Assembly: GCA_038059695.1 (NCBI GenBank)
Contig: JBBTIZ010000011.1
Coordinates: forward strand, 1 to 52,500
Direction of reading: 5' to 3'
DNA from: Planctomycetota bacterium
GTDB lineage: Bacteria; Planctomycetota; MHYJ01; JACQXL01
Length of the DNA: 52,500 nt
Under the pieces are notes generated by a model. The model saw only the letters and a list, made by a program, of their open reading frames with translations, was not told the origin of the DNA and did not search any database. How positions within the stretch are numbered: the stretch's first letter is position 1; each line of letters begins with the position of its first letter. A program made the translations under genes and the position numbers. Shown in pieces: positions 17,594-28,560 of the stretch.

Positions 17594-18580
17594 ATGAATC
17601 AGAAAACCAGGCACTCCTTTAAATCACAGGGACTGAAGCACAAGTTGTGGGTGGCCTATTTTCTTTTATCTATTATCCCGGCGCTATTTCTCGTTTATGT
17701 CGTCAGCCAGGGGCTGATGGGTAAAACTTCACTGCCCGCCGCCCAGTTGATTCCGCTGTTAATCGGCATCGGCGCGCTGGTTCTGATGTCCATATCGGCC
17801 CTGGTCCTTTTATATCGTTCGGCCACTTCGCTGGAGGAAATCACCCTGAAGACCGTGCGCTTTGTCAAGGAAAACGCCAATGTGAATCTCCTGATGGATA
17901 CCAACGACGAGACGGAAAAGCTGAACGCCTGTTTTATGGAAATGGTCAAAGAGATTCAGCACAAGATAAACGAGGTCAATAAATACGCCGTGGCCCTGGG
18001 CGAGACCAACAAGAAACTATCCCAGATGGCTATCAAGGACGGCCTGACCCAATTATACAACCAAATCTATATTAAAGAACGGCTGGAAAATGAAATCAGG
18101 CGGGCGGAACAATTTCACCAGCCACTCGCAGTTATGATGCTGGATATTGACGATTTCAAGAAGTATAACGATTTCTACGGACATCTGGCCGGCGACAACT
18201 GCCTCAAGGAAATAAGCGGCTTGATTAAGGATAACTGCAGGGATATTGATATCCCGGCCCGGTACGGCGGCGAGGAATTCCTGGTCATCCTGCCCGGCGC
18301 CAATAGCACCGAGGCATCCCAGGTGGCTGAAAAAATCCGCCAGAGCGTCGCGGACTACCGGTTCTCAACCATCGGTTCGCCGACCCGTCCCGAAGCGACG
18401 GGTCGGGAAAACAAAGCCCCGGCTGATAAAACCGCTTCTCTCACCATAAGTATCGGCTTATCAAGTTACCACAATGAATCCGGCATAAAAACCTCTAACG
18501 AATTAATCAAGGCGGCTGATAATGCCCTTCTGCACCAGGCCAAGAAAAAGGGCAAAAACCAGGTAGCCCTATATGTATAA
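17594..18580 (+). CDS. Membrane diguanylate cyclase (2 TM, HAMP-like, GGEEF)
   Basis: DGLTQLYN, RYGGEEF. Confidence 0.9.
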   Translation: MNQKTRHSFKSQGLKHKLWVAYFLLSIIPALFLVYVVSQGLMGKTSLPAAQLIPLLIGIGALVLMSISALVLLYRSATSLEEITLKTVRFVKENANVNLLMDTNDETEKLNACFMEMVKEIQHKINEVNKYAVALGETNKKLSQMAIKDGLTQLYNQIYIKERLENEIRRAEQFHQPLAVMMLDIDDFKKYNDFYGHLAGDNCLKEISGLIKDNCRDIDIPARYGGEEFLVILPGANSTEASQVAEKIRQSVADYRFSTIGSPTRPEATGRENKAPADKTASLTISIGLSSYHNESGIKTSNELIKAADNALLHQAKKKGKNQVALYV

Positions 18581-18591
18581 ATAATACTGCA

Positions 18592-18684
18592 GCCCCGCCC
18601 CGCTGTAACATCGGGACGGGATAAAAGCCGGCCCCTGACGGGACTCCCTTTGGTCGTAACAACCATAGGGCTAACTGGCTCTAA
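18592..18684 (+). repeat. TAA-punctuated double-hairpin element, copy D (with nested insert)
   Basis: GCCCCG..CGGGA TAA AAGCCGG ... C TAA CTGGCTC TAA, 12 nt before the pgk ATG. Confidence 0.7.
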
Positions 18685-18696
18685 AAAGAGATTGCT

Positions 18697-19875
18697 ATGA
18701 CAAAACTTACCATTCAAGATATGCAGTTAACCGGCCAACGTATCCTGACCAGGGTGGATTTCAATGTTCCGATGGACGATAGAGGTAATATTATTGACGA
18801 TACCCGCATCCGGTCCACCCTGCCGACGTTGAATCACATCCTGAGCAATAACGGCAAGGTGGTCCTGATGACGCATCTGGGCCGGCCCAAGGGTTGGGAC
18901 GAGAAACTCAAATTAGACAAAGTTGCCGCTAAGTTAACGGAACTGCTCAAACGGCCCGTCAAAAAGATGGACGACTCCATCGGCTCGCTGGTTGAGAAAA
19001 CCGTCTCTAACCTGAAGGAAGGCGAGGTGGTGCTCCTGGAAAACCTGAGGTTCTATCCGGAAGAGGAAGCCAATAACGACAAGTTCTCCAAGAAACTCGC
19101 CTTACTGGGCGATTTGTATATCGACGACGCCTTTGCCTGCGCGCACCGGGCGCATGCCTCTATTGTCGGCGTGACCAAATATCTCAAGTCCGGCGCCGGC
19201 CTGCTCCTGGCCCGGGAAATAGAATACCTGGACAAACTTAACGAATCGCCGGCCACGCCCTATGTAGCTATCCTGGGCGGCGCCAAGGTGGCTGATAAAA
19301 TCACGGTCATCCAAAACCTGCTCAACAAGGTCAACACCATCCTAATCGGCGGCGGAATGGCTTACACCTTCCTCAAGGCCCAGGGCAAGGACATCGGCTC
19401 TTCCAAACTGGACAAGGACAATGTCGATACCGCCTCCAAAATCCTGACCCAAGCCAGGAAGAAAGGCGTGGAAATCGTCCTGCCGGTTGACCATCTGGTC
19501 ACCGACAACATCCAGGGCAAGGGCCGGCTAAAGATTGAGAAGAACGCCATCTCGGACGGCTTCAGCGGCGTGGATATCGGCCCCGAGACCATCAAGTTAT
19601 TTACCTCCAAACTCCTGCCCGCCCAGACCATTATCTGGAACGGGCCGCTGGGCATATTTGAGAATGATAGATTCGCCGAGGGCACCCGTTCTATCGCCAC
19701 GACATTAGCCGGGCTGAAAGCAATCCGGGTCATCGGGGGCGGCGAAACCGTGGCCGCGGCTGAAAAATTCAAGGTGGCCGGCCAGATGTCCCACATATCC
19801 ACGGGCGGCGGCGCGTTCCTGGAATTCATGGAAGGCAAGGAACTGCCCGGCATCGCGGCCTTAACCAACAAGTAA
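18697..19875 (+). CDS. pgk: Phosphoglycerate kinase
   Basis: RVDFNVP, HLGRP, LLENLRF, ISTGGGA. Confidence 0.97.
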   Translation: MTKLTIQDMQLTGQRILTRVDFNVPMDDRGNIIDDTRIRSTLPTLNHILSNNGKVVLMTHLGRPKGWDEKLKLDKVAAKLTELLKRPVKKMDDSIGSLVEKTVSNLKEGEVVLLENLRFYPEEEANNDKFSKKLALLGDLYIDDAFACAHRAHASIVGVTKYLKSGAGLLLAREIEYLDKLNESPATPYVAILGGAKVADKITVIQNLLNKVNTILIGGGMAYTFLKAQGKDIGSSKLDKDNVDTASKILTQARKKGVEIVLPVDHLVTDNIQGKGRLKIEKNAISDGFSGVDIGPETIKLFTSKLLPAQTIIWNGPLGIFENDRFAEGTRSIATTLAGLKAIRVIGGGETVAAAEKFKVAGQMSHISTGGGAFLEFMEGKELPGIAALTNK

Positions 19876-19889
19876 TACCTTATCGCCTG

Positions 19890-20552
19890 ATGAAAACCGA
19901 CCGTATAATCGCCGTCATCGCCATTGCCTTCATTATTATATTTGGCGCGCTTGGCGCGCTTCTCCTGCCCCGGGTCATTAATAAACAACAACCATTCATC
20001 ACTAAGGCCGAAATAGTCAGGTTCGTCTCGCCCCGGGCCAATCCGGCTGACATCGCCCAGGAATACCATCTCTGGCTGAAGATAGAGACAACAAGATATG
20101 AATTTGATAACCTCTTTACCGACGCCAAGAACGCAGCCGCCGGAAATATTCCGGTAGAAAAAGACGAGATGAGAACAGAGCGGCTGGCAACCGCCGGTGT
20201 GATTCAGGATACGCTGTTCATAAAAGGATACATCAATGAAGGGGCGATAACCAATACTAAACCTACGGGCGGGCTCTTGCGCATTAATAAAGTCATCATC
20301 CTGGCAAAGGAAAACCTCCGGCCGTTGGATGATAATGACTCGCTCTCAAACCCGCAAACTATTCCCCGTCAGCGATTCCAACCCCAGACCGATATCTACC
20401 AGGCCGCCGAAAGAGATAAGACGTTGCTCTATATCCATTTGGAATCCGGCATCAAGGTGCAAAAGACATCTGATACGCTCTCGCTCACCCTGACCCACCT
20501 GAGGGATAACAAGACCATCCAATCCCAGACCCTGCCGCTGTTCTCGTATTAA
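19890..20552 (+). CDS. Hypothetical membrane-anchored protein
   Basis: N-terminal TM helix; lies directly after pgk. Confidence 0.7.
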   Translation: MKTDRIIAVIAIAFIIIFGALGALLLPRVINKQQPFITKAEIVRFVSPRANPADIAQEYHLWLKIETTRYEFDNLFTDAKNAAAGNIPVEKDEMRTERLATAGVIQDTLFIKGYINEGAITNTKPTGGLLRINKVIILAKENLRPLDDNDSLSNPQTIPRQRFQPQTDIYQAAERDKTLLYIHLESGIKVQKTSDTLSLTLTHLRDNKTIQSQTLPLFSY

Positions 20553-20676
20553 AAATTCTCAACCACAGATTAACACAGATTAATTTAATCAGCCCAATCT
20601 GCCAAATCCGCTTACAAAATATCATTTTTATAGAACCGCAAGGCCATTTATTTCGTTTATATAGATGTGGAAAGAA

Positions 20677-20745
20677 GCCCCCGCCTGCGGCGGGGCTAAC
20701 TCGCTGATAACGCCCCGACATTACGCCGTGGCTAACAGCGAGTAA
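20677..20745 (+). repeat. TAA-punctuated double-hairpin element, copy E
   Basis: GCCCCCGCC..GGCGGGGC TAA CTCGCTG(A) TAA C..GC TAA CAGCGAG TAA GGAGG. Confidence 0.8.
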
Positions 20746-20755
20746 GGAGGCGTTT

Positions 20756-22312
20756 ATGACAAGCCAAGTAATCGTTATTAGGGAGGGCTCGCTGGCCGAA
20801 CACGCCCTGGCGCGCCAGTTTGACTTCAACCTCTGGCTCCAGCAACAACTGCACAGCACCCCCTGGTGGCTGGCTTCATTAATCTTCCACGTCCTGCTTA
20901 TCCTGATGCTGGCCACTCTGCCGGATATGACGCCGCCTCAGCCGCCTGATGTCCCTATTGTTACCGCTCGCGTACCGGACATAGACCCGGAAATAACCAA
21001 GATGCCCGACCCGGAACCGATCAAACCGCTCACCCCTGAAAACATTAAGACAGTGGAAACCTTTCTGCCGCCCGTGGAAAACCCGTCCGACGACCCGAAC
21101 GAGAACCCCACTGATTCTCTCAGCCAAAGCCCTCTGATGGCAAAAGGATATCACGACACTACCGGAATCGGTGGGGGTTTCGGCCCCAAAGGCGGCAACG
21201 GGCCCAGAGGTAACTTTAGAACCAAGAATAAACCGGAAAACCAATCCGTCTTGGCCGCGCTCAAATGGCTGGCCCGGCACCAGAACCCGGACGGTTCCTG
21301 GGGCGCCAAGTCATTCCAGCGCCAGTGCCGCAGCACCAAATGCCTGGGCGCCGGCGATGAACAGTTTGATATCGGCCTGACCGGCCTGGCGTTACTCGCC
21401 TTTACCGGCGCCGGATACAGGACCTCCAGTTTACGCGACGTTTATGACGGCATCTGCTTCGGCGACGTGGTCCGCAATGCCGCTAAATACCTCATCGACC
21501 GCCAGCTCCCGGACGGCTCGTTTAGCGCGTCCAAGGACGGCAAATTTATGTACAACCAGGCCATCTGCGCCTATGCCCTGGCCGACCTCTACAGCCAGAG
21601 TATGCACAGCCCGGCCGGGCTGAACTTCCAGGAACCCGTGGAACGGGCCGTCAAATTCCTGCTGGAAAGCCGGAATCCGGGCAAGGCCTGGCGCTACCAG
21701 CCCCGGGACGGCCAGAACGACACCTCGGTCACCGGCTGGGTCATGATGGCCTTAAAGACCGCCGACCATTGCGGGATTACTGTGCCGGCCGAGGCATTCG
21801 CCGGCATAAAATCATTCTATGACGACGTGACCGACCCGAACTACGGCCAGGTCGGCTACACCGAACCAGGCAGTAAGGCCGTCATGTCGCACGAAGATAT
21901 CAGAAACATAATGATTCAGCCCTCCCTGACGGCCATCGGCGTCATGACCCGCATCTTCATAGACAAAAAGGCCTCTGACCCGATAATAAAATTAGGCGTG
22001 GCTGAAATCCTCAAGAGTTTGCCGGCCTGGGACACCTCTAAATCCGGCGTCATTGACTACTATTACTGGTTCTATGCCACCTATTGCCTGAACCAGTATG
22101 ACGGACCCGATGGCCCGGGCTGGAAGGCATGGAACGAAAAGATGAAAGACGTGCTCCTCAAGAACCAATGTAGCAAAGCTGATGCCTGCGCGGACGGCAG
22201 TTGGGAACCGATAGACCGCTGGAGCGCTGAAGGCAGCCGGGTCTATGCCACGGCCATCAATGCCCTGACCCTGGAGGTCTATTACCGGCTGGAAATCGTC
22301 CGGCTGAAGTAG
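20756..22312 (+). CDS. Prenyltransferase/squalene-oxidase repeat protein with membrane anchor
   Basis: WLARHQNPDGSW, RQLPDGSF QW-type repeats; TLEVYYR C-terminus. Confidence 0.85.
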   Translation: MTSQVIVIREGSLAEHALARQFDFNLWLQQQLHSTPWWLASLIFHVLLILMLATLPDMTPPQPPDVPIVTARVPDIDPEITKMPDPEPIKPLTPENIKTVETFLPPVENPSDDPNENPTDSLSQSPLMAKGYHDTTGIGGGFGPKGGNGPRGNFRTKNKPENQSVLAALKWLARHQNPDGSWGAKSFQRQCRSTKCLGAGDEQFDIGLTGLALLAFTGAGYRTSSLRDVYDGICFGDVVRNAAKYLIDRQLPDGSFSASKDGKFMYNQAICAYALADLYSQSMHSPAGLNFQEPVERAVKFLLESRNPGKAWRYQPRDGQNDTSVTGWVMMALKTADHCGITVPAEAFAGIKSFYDDVTDPNYGQVGYTEPGSKAVMSHEDIRNIMIQPSLTAIGVMTRIFIDKKASDPIIKLGVAEILKSLPAWDTSKSGVIDYYYWFYATYCLNQYDGPDGPGWKAWNEKMKDVLLKNQCSKADACADGSWEPIDRWSAEGSRVYATAINALTLEVYYRLEIVRLK

Positions 22313-22452
22313 CCCGGAAGGCGCGAAATAAAGTCATTAAAGTAAGTATCGTCCCTACGGGAGGCAGTATATCTGTGATTCGTATAATTCGTGCTATTCC
22401 CTACAATGGCGGGTAGCCGTGTTATCTTCTTTGTATCATCTGTAGTAAGAAA

Positions 22453-23379
22453 TTACTTCTTACCCTTACCGCCCTTATCATCTGTTTTGGGCTTGTCAGA
22501 ACCCTTGGGCTTGCCCTTGTCCTTAGACGGCTTGGAGCCTGCCTTAGGTTTATCTTTATCAGTTTTGGGCTTTTCGTCTGCCTTGGGTTGTTCGTCATTA
22601 CCGCCAGTCATATCGCCTGCGGCCGGGCGCAGTCCGGGCTTGCCTTTTTCCGGTCCGGTCTCCGGTTTATCTTTATCCTTGTCACGCCCTGGTTTGTTGT
22701 GCTCCATCGGCCTTATCTTCACCCGGTCCGGCGGTTCCCTGACCTCCCGGCCCCGGGCCGTCTTTATATGCCGGCCTTCACTCCGATGCACCCAAACTAT
22801 CTGGTTGAAATCACGGCCCTGTTCGTGGAGTTTGATGACCTCAACCGGCGAGGCATTGTAAGCCAGACAAGTGGTCTTAAGATAAACCAAATTAACCATT
22901 TCGCTGTCGGTCAGAACCACGGCCTTGGGGTTTTTCCAGTATCGGCCGTAAGCATTGCCATAGGGCGGGCCGAATCTATAGGCCGGCGAGACCGGCACAA
23001 AGAATATGTCCGGCTGTAATCTCAGGTTATAGGTGGTGATGGTCATCCAGGGGATGCCGGATTGGCGCCACTGGACTATCCGGACCGGCTCTACGCGCCC
23101 GTAATACGCCAAAAACAGTATCAGGGCTACCTCGTCATTCGTGTAGTTGTATCTATAATGAAGGTTGTAAACCACGTCATAGTCCCAGTCATAATATTCC
23201 CAGAGCACCCATTCCATATCAGAGTGGACGAATTCACGGTGCGTTACCTGGACCCGGGTATGGGGCGTAGCCGGTCGGTAGAAATCCGGCCCATCCGGGT
23301 CCGGCGGCGAATAGACGATGCATCCGCCCAAGAAGGCGGCCAAGGTTAGCGCGATGATAACCGTTGTTCTAGTTTTCAT
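22453..23379 (-). CDS. Hypothetical lipoprotein with a K/D/P-rich tail
   Basis: Lipobox LGGC; SD GGAGG. Confidence 0.75.
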   Translation of the reverse strand: MKTRTTVIIALTLAAFLGGCIVYSPPDPDGPDFYRPATPHTRVQVTHREFVHSDMEWVLWEYYDWDYDVVYNLHYRYNYTNDEVALILFLAYYGRVEPVRIVQWRQSGIPWMTITTYNLRLQPDIFFVPVSPAYRFGPPYGNAYGRYWKNPKAVVLTDSEMVNLVYLKTTCLAYNASPVEVIKLHEQGRDFNQIVWVHRSEGRHIKTARGREVREPPDRVKIRPMEHNKPGRDKDKDKPETGPEKGKPGLRPAAGDMTGGNDEQPKADEKPKTDKDKPKAGSKPSKDKGKPKGSDKPKTDDKGGKGKK

Positions 23380-23621
23380 AATTTACCTCCCTGCCTGCCG
23401 CAGGCAGGCTCGCTAACAGGATTAGATTATATACCTATTATAACAATCTTTCAGGTAAATACCAAATAAATAATCGCAATAAACCGATTTAGCCGTTTAA
23501 CGGATTTTTAATAAAAAAATATTAAATTATGTTGACAGTTAATTCTATTTTGAGTATAAGAGGAAACTCTTTTCGTCCCTCCGGGACCAGAAGAGGGTAA
23601 ACCCATTAGGAATAGGAGAAT

Positions 23622-23924
23622 ATGTTAGTACGAATTAAATTACGTTCTTATGACCATCGGGTCCTGGACCAGACCGTGGGCGAGATTATCAATACGGTCA
23701 AAAAGGGCGGAACCAAGATATCCGGCCCGGTGCCCCTGCCCACCAGGATTGAACGTTATACAGTCCTGCGCTCGCCCCACGTGGATAAGAAATCGCGGGA
23801 ACAGTTCGAAATCCGCACCCATAAGCGGCTGATTGAACTGATAAACCCCACGGTCCAAACCACCGAGGCGCTTAAGAACCTTAATGTGCCCAGCGGCGTG
23901 GATATCCAAATAAAGTTGATATAA
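23622..23924 (+). CDS. rpsJ: 30S ribosomal protein S10
   Basis: [21 protein letters not shown]. Confidence 0.97.
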   Translation: MLVRIKLRSYDHRVLDQTVGEIINTVKKGGTKISGPVPLPTRIERYTVLRSPHVDKKSREQFEIRTHKRLIELINPTVQTTEALKNLNVPSGVDIQIKLI

Positions 23925-23925
23925 T

Positions 23926-24651
23926 ATGTTACCAATGCCCGGATTATTAGCAACGAAGTTGGGAATGACCCAAATCTTCAAGGAAGACGGCAATGTGGTG
24001 CCGGTGACCGTGCTCAAGGCCGGTCCCTGCCCGGTGCTGCAGGTCAAGACCGTTAAAACCGACGGTTATAATGCGGTCCAGGTCGGTTTTGACGCTAAGA
24101 AGAAACAGAATACCACCAAGGCCATACTGGGACACCTTAAGAATTCGAAAGTCGAAACCCCGCCTCGCTATATCAGGGAATTCCGGCTGGCGGACGGCCC
24201 GACCGGCGAAAAGGAAGCCGAGTCATTCAAGCCGGGCGATGAAATCAAGGTGGATATATTTGAAGGCGTCTATAAAGTATGCGTCACCGGCGTGACCAGA
24301 GGCCGGGGCTTTTCCGGCATGGTCCGGAGATGGAATAAAAAGCGCGGCCCGGAAAGCCACGGTTCGATGAACGTGCGAGGTCCGGGCGGCCTGTCGGGGG
24401 ATTCACGTCTGACCCATATCAGGCCCAACCGGCATATGTGCGGGCATTACGGAGTCGAGAATGTTACGGTGGATAATTTAGAGGTTGTTAAGGTGGATAT
24501 AAACAGAGACCTGCTTTTTGTCTGCGGCGCAGTGCCCGGGCACAAGAACGGGTTTGTGACGATTTATAAGACGAATTTGACCAAGAAAGCGCCGGTGGTT
24601 TCAGGCAAGGCCAAAAAGAAGGTCGAACCAAGAGCCCCCGCCAAGAAATAA
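23926..24651 (+). CDS. rplC: 50S ribosomal protein L3
   Basis: [22 protein letters not shown]. Confidence 0.96.
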   Translation: MLPMPGLLATKLGMTQIFKEDGNVVPVTVLKAGPCPVLQVKTVKTDGYNAVQVGFDAKKKQNTTKAILGHLKNSKVETPPRYIREFRLADGPTGEKEAESFKPGDEIKVDIFEGVYKVCVTGVTRGRGFSGMVRRWNKKRGPESHGSMNVRGPGGLSGDSRLTHIRPNRHMCGHYGVENVTVDNLEVVKVDINRDLLFVCGAVPGHKNGFVTIYKTNLTKKAPVVSGKAKKKVEPRAPAKK

Positions 24652-24653
24652 AT

Positions 24654-25322
24654 ATGTTAGAGCTAACGGTATATGACAACGAGGGCAAGGAGACAGAAAA
24701 GATTTCGGTTGACGAAGCCCTTTTCGGCGGCCGGGTCAACAAGAAACTGCTCCAGGAAATAGTGGTGATGTACCAGTCCAACCAGCGCACGGGTAATGCC
24801 TCAACCAAGGACAGAGGCGAGGTGGAAGGCAGCACCAAAAAGCCCTGGAAACAGAAAGGCACGGGCCGGGCCCGCTGCGGGACTATCCGCTCTCCAATCT
24901 GGAGGCACGGCGGCGTGGTATTTGGGCCTCACCCCAGGAGCTACTATTATAACATCCCCCAGCAATTAAGGATAAAGGCCCTGGATTCGGCGCTCCTGGC
25001 CAAATTCAAGGGCAACGAGACCAGCATTATCAATTCGCTTAATATGGAAACCCCCAGGACCAAGGATTTCTCAGCCATCATCAAGAAGATGGGAATTGAC
25101 CCGGCAAATGAAAGACCCAAGAATAAGTGCCTGCTGGGCATAAAAGACCCGAAACGAGTTTTGTATCTTTCTTCGCGCAATATCCCGGGCCTTAAATTAA
25201 TGCCCGTTACGGACCTGAACGCCTTCGATGTAATAAAATACCAGCGGCTGATGTTGACCAAAGAATCCCTGGAGCATTTAATTTCTGTAAGGAAGAATGT
25301 CGATGAAAAAGTCAGCGTATGA
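24654..25322 (+). CDS. rplD: 50S ribosomal protein L4
   Basis: KPWKQKGTGRAR, GGVVFGP. Confidence 0.97.
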   Translation: MLELTVYDNEGKETEKISVDEALFGGRVNKKLLQEIVVMYQSNQRTGNASTKDRGEVEGSTKKPWKQKGTGRARCGTIRSPIWRHGGVVFGPHPRSYYYNIPQQLRIKALDSALLAKFKGNETSIINSLNMETPRTKDFSAIIKKMGIDPANERPKNKCLLGIKDPKRVLYLSSRNIPGLKLMPVTDLNAFDVIKYQRLMLTKESLEHLISVRKNVDEKVSV

Positions 25323-25581
25323 CGTTATAAAAAAGCCCCTGTTGACCGAGAAGACGGAGATTGCCAAACAGAAACTGGTTTATTCTTTTATGGTTGACGA
25401 CTCAGCCAACAAGGACTTAATTAAACACTCGATTGAAAACCTTTTCCCGGTCAAGGTGGATAGCGTCCGAACCATTAATGTCAAGGGAAAAGTCAAGAAG
25501 TATAAATTCGTTGCGGGACAGAGAAAAAACTGGAAAAAAGCAATGGTGACCTTAAAAGAAGGTTACCGGATAGAGATATAA
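25303..25581 (+). CDS. rplW: 50S ribosomal protein L23
   Basis: [14 protein letters not shown]. Confidence 0.95.
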   Translation: MKKSAYDVIKKPLLTEKTEIAKQKLVYSFMVDDSANKDLIKHSIENLFPVKVDSVRTINVKGKVKKYKFVAGQRKNWKKAMVTLKEGYRIEI

Positions 25582-25585
25582 AGAC

Positions 25586-26410
25586 ATGGCATTAAGATTA
25601 TACAAACCAACCAGCCCGGGCCGCAGGTCGGCATCAGTGGTGGATTATTCCATCCTGACCAAGAAGGAGCCGGAAAAGAGTTTATTGGTATCGCTCAGGA
25701 AGACCGGCGGGCGGAATAACCAGGGCGAGATTACCTGCCGTCATATCGGCGGCGGCAACCGGCACCAATACCGCATCATAGATTTCAAGCGCAATAAAGA
25801 TAATATCCCGGCCAGGGTGGAATCCATAGAATATGACCCAAATCGGACGGCTTTTATCGCCCTGCTCTGCTATAAGGACGGCGAAAAACGTTATATCCTG
25901 GCCCCCAAGGATATCCGGGCCGGCGAGGTCCTGATGTCCGGGGAAAAGGTGGAGCCGAAGAACGGCAACACCATGCCTATCAAGAATATCCCGTTAGGAT
26001 TAATTATACACAATGTTGAATTATACCGGGGCCGGGGCGGGCAGATGGTGCGCAGCGCCGGCTCTTTTGCCAAACTGATGGCCAGAGAAGGCGAATATGC
26101 CCAACTCCAACTGCCCAGCGGCGAAATCCGGAAGGTGCACGTGGAATGCCGCGCGACTATCGGACAGGTCAGCAACCCGGAATACGCCACTGTTTGGCTG
26201 GGCAAAGCCGGACGCAAGCGCTGGATGGGAATAAGGCCCACAGTCCGAGGCACGGCCCAGAATCCGGTTTCACATCCGATGGGCGGCGGCGAAGGCCGGT
26301 CAGGCGGCGGACGCCATCCGTGTTCACCCTGGGGTAAACTGGCCAAGGGCGGCAAGACCCGTCAACGCCGCAGGCCAAGCAGTTCTTTTATTATTAGAAG
26401 AAGGAAATAA
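25586..26410 (+). CDS. rplB: 50S ribosomal protein L2
   Basis: [15 protein letters not shown]. Confidence 0.98.
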   Translation: MALRLYKPTSPGRRSASVVDYSILTKKEPEKSLLVSLRKTGGRNNQGEITCRHIGGGNRHQYRIIDFKRNKDNIPARVESIEYDPNRTAFIALLCYKDGEKRYILAPKDIRAGEVLMSGEKVEPKNGNTMPIKNIPLGLIIHNVELYRGRGGQMVRSAGSFAKLMAREGEYAQLQLPSGEIRKVHVECRATIGQVSNPEYATVWLGKAGRKRWMGIRPTVRGTAQNPVSHPMGGGEGRSGGGRHPCSPWGKLAKGGKTRQRRRPSSSFIIRRRK

Positions 26411-26464
26411 TTTGTGTTTATCCCGCTAAGGCGGGATGGCAAAGGAAGGACATTGTTTTAAGCC

Positions 26465-26746
26465 ATGAGCCGTTCAATTAAAAAAGGTCCGTATGTGGAG
26501 GCCAAACTGCTGAAAAAGGTCATCAGGCAGAAAGAAAACCGGGGCCACGACCCGATAAAAACCTGGTCCAGACGCTCCACCGTGTTGCCGGAATTCGTCT
26601 CCCATACTTTTATGGTCCATAACGGCAATAAATTCCTCAAGGTCTTTGTGACCGAGGATATGGTGGGCCATAAACTGGGCGAATTCTCGCCGACCCGGCT
26701 ATTCCGCGGGCATCCGGGCCTGAAAAAGGCAGAGGTTGAAGAATAA
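26465..26746 (+). CDS. rpsS: 30S ribosomal protein S19
   Basis: [16 protein letters not shown]. Confidence 0.97.
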   Translation: MSRSIKKGPYVEAKLLKKVIRQKENRGHDPIKTWSRRSTVLPEFVSHTFMVHNGNKFLKVFVTEDMVGHKLGEFSPTRLFRGHPGLKKAEVEE

Positions 26747-27252
26747 TGGAATATAAATCTATTTTAAGGTCTGTCAGAAGCGCGCCGCGTAAGACACGCT
26801 ATGTGGTGGATATGCTGCGCAACAAGTCCATCCCGGAAGCACAGCGGATTCTGAAATATACCCCCAAGCGCTCGTCGTATTTCCTGCTCAAACTGGTTAA
26901 TTCGGCGGTGGCTAATGCCACGAACCGGGACGCCAATCTATCTCCGGAGAATTTATATATCAGTGAAATAAAAGTAGGTGACGGCCCGGCATTCAAGCGA
27001 TTACGGTACGGTTCTATGGGCCGCGCCTCCCAGGTAAAGAAACGCACCTCCCATATCACCCTGGTATTATCCACCATAGGCGGATCCGCCTCTGGCGGAA
27101 AAACTGTTACACAACCAGCCCAGTCATCCCTGCCGGCCGGCAGGCATGGCGGTCATTCCCACCCTGAAGCGGCGCCGAAGCGCCAAAAGGCGGCGTCCGG
27201 ACCACCGGGTCACCCTGAGGGCGAGAAGAAAAAGGAAAGTAAAACCAAATAA
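26746..27252 (+). CDS. rplV: 50S ribosomal protein L22 with a repeat-derived C-terminal extension
   Basis: SAVANA, KRTSHIT, then about 58 extra residues. Confidence 0.93.
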   Translation: MEYKSILRSVRSAPRKTRYVVDMLRNKSIPEAQRILKYTPKRSSYFLLKLVNSAVANATNRDANLSPENLYISEIKVGDGPAFKRLRYGSMGRASQVKKRTSHITLVLSTIGGSASGGKTVTQPAQSSLPAGRHGGHSHPEAAPKRQKAASGPPGHPEGEKKKESKTK

Positions 27253-27254
27253 TT

Positions 27255-28034
27255 ATGGGACAAAAAGTATCACCCGTTGCATTAAGAATCGGTATTAACA
27301 AGGATTGGATTTCCCGCTGGTATGCCAATAAAAAGGACTACGGCAGATTAGCCGTGGAGGATGAAAAAATCCGTAAGTTCATTAAGAAGGAATATAATTT
27401 CGCCGGACTCCAGCGGATAGAGATCGAGCGCAATACTGAAAAGACCATTGTGATTGTCTATTGCGCTAAGCCGTCATATATCATCGGCCGGCGCGGCGTC
27501 AAGGCGGATAAACTGACCGAGGACCTGGTTAAATTATGCAAAGGCAAGGTTATGGATTTGAAGGTGATTGAGGTATTGAAGCCGGAGTTAAGCGCCCAGT
27601 TAGTGGGCGATTCTATTGCCCAGCAGTTGGAAAAGCAATCCCACCACCGCCGGATAATGCACAAAGCCATTGAAACCGTATTGGGAGCCGGCGCCCAGGG
27701 TATAAAAATAAGAATCGCGGGCCGCATCGGCGGCGCGGAAATCGCCCGGGCTGAATCCCTGAGCAAAGGCAAGGTGCCCCTGCATACGCTTAAGGCGGAT
27801 ATTGATTATGCCCGCTCCACCGCCCTTTTAAATAAAGGAACTATCGGCGTTAAGGTCTGGATTTATAAGGGCGAGATTGAGCGGACTAAAAAGTCCCTGG
27901 CCCAGCCATTGGGCTCGCTTCGCGGCGTTGCGGCCCCAATTTCTAATCCGGTAATATCTCCGGTACAGGCCGTAAAACAGGTAGCACCCAGCCACAATGG
28001 GAACGAAGCAGGGGAACAAAAGCCAAACGTTTAA
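27255..28034 (+). CDS. rpsC: 30S ribosomal protein S3
   Basis: MGQKV, GAEIAR, GVKVWIYKG. Confidence 0.97.
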   Translation: MGQKVSPVALRIGINKDWISRWYANKKDYGRLAVEDEKIRKFIKKEYNFAGLQRIEIERNTEKTIVIVYCAKPSYIIGRRGVKADKLTEDLVKLCKGKVMDLKVIEVLKPELSAQLVGDSIAQQLEKQSHHRRIMHKAIETVLGAGAQGIKIRIAGRIGGAEIARAESLSKGKVPLHTLKADIDYARSTALLNKGTIGVKVWIYKGEIERTKKSLAQPLGSLRGVAAPISNPVISPVQAVKQVAPSHNGNEAGEQKPNV

Positions 28035-28046
28035 AGGAATCTATTT

Positions 28047-28457
28047 ATGTTAATGCCCAAAAGGATAAAATACCGTAAATGGCAACGGGGTACGATGAAG
28101 GGCGAAGCCCAAAGAGGCAATTTTGTGGCCTTCGGCGAATACGGATTAATGTGCCTGGAACGCGGCTGGCTCTCAGCCCAGCAAATAGAAGCCGGCCGGG
28201 TGGCGATTACGCACCAAATGCCGCCCACAGGAAAATTCTGGCTGAGAATCTTCCCGCATAAGCCGATTACGGCTAAGCCGGCCGAAACCAGAATGGGCAC
28301 CGGCAAGGGCGAACCGGAATATTATGCGGCTGTAGTAAAAAAAGGCACGGTTTTATTTGAGGTCGACGGCGTGAGCGAGGATGTCGCCCGCAAGGTTTTT
28401 AACAGCGTGGCCCATAAGATGCCCTTTAATACCAAATTAGTTAAACGAATACATTAG
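28047..28457 (+). CDS. rplP: 50S ribosomal protein L16
   Basis: RIFPHKP, RMGTGKG. Confidence 0.97.
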   Translation: MLMPKRIKYRKWQRGTMKGEAQRGNFVAFGEYGLMCLERGWLSAQQIEAGRVAITHQMPPTGKFWLRIFPHKPITAKPAETRMGTGKGEPEYYAAVVKKGTVLFEVDGVSEDVARKVFNSVAHKMPFNTKLVKRIH

Positions 28458-28528
28458 AGCCGGTTAGATGCAGCGACCCGTAGGGGCGATGTATCGTTAC
28501 CGACTCTTATCCCGACGAATGTTGGGGC
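28454..28528 (-). repeat. TAA-punctuated double-hairpin element, copy F (antisense to the operon)
   Basis: Minus strand: GCCCCAAC..GTCGGGA TAA GAGTCGG TAA C..C TAA CCGGCTC TAA. Confidence 0.8.
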
Positions 28529-28560
28529 TGGATAAAAGTTTCCCGGAAGGACTGAAATAT

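Noticed and set aside
20756-22312. Terpene cyclase biosynthetic cluster
   Set aside because: Single QW-repeat barrel with no DxDD motif and no pathway neighbours
28468-28560. N-terminal extension of L29
   Set aside because: Read-through of the inserted repeat; ATG 28561 gives a normal-length protein
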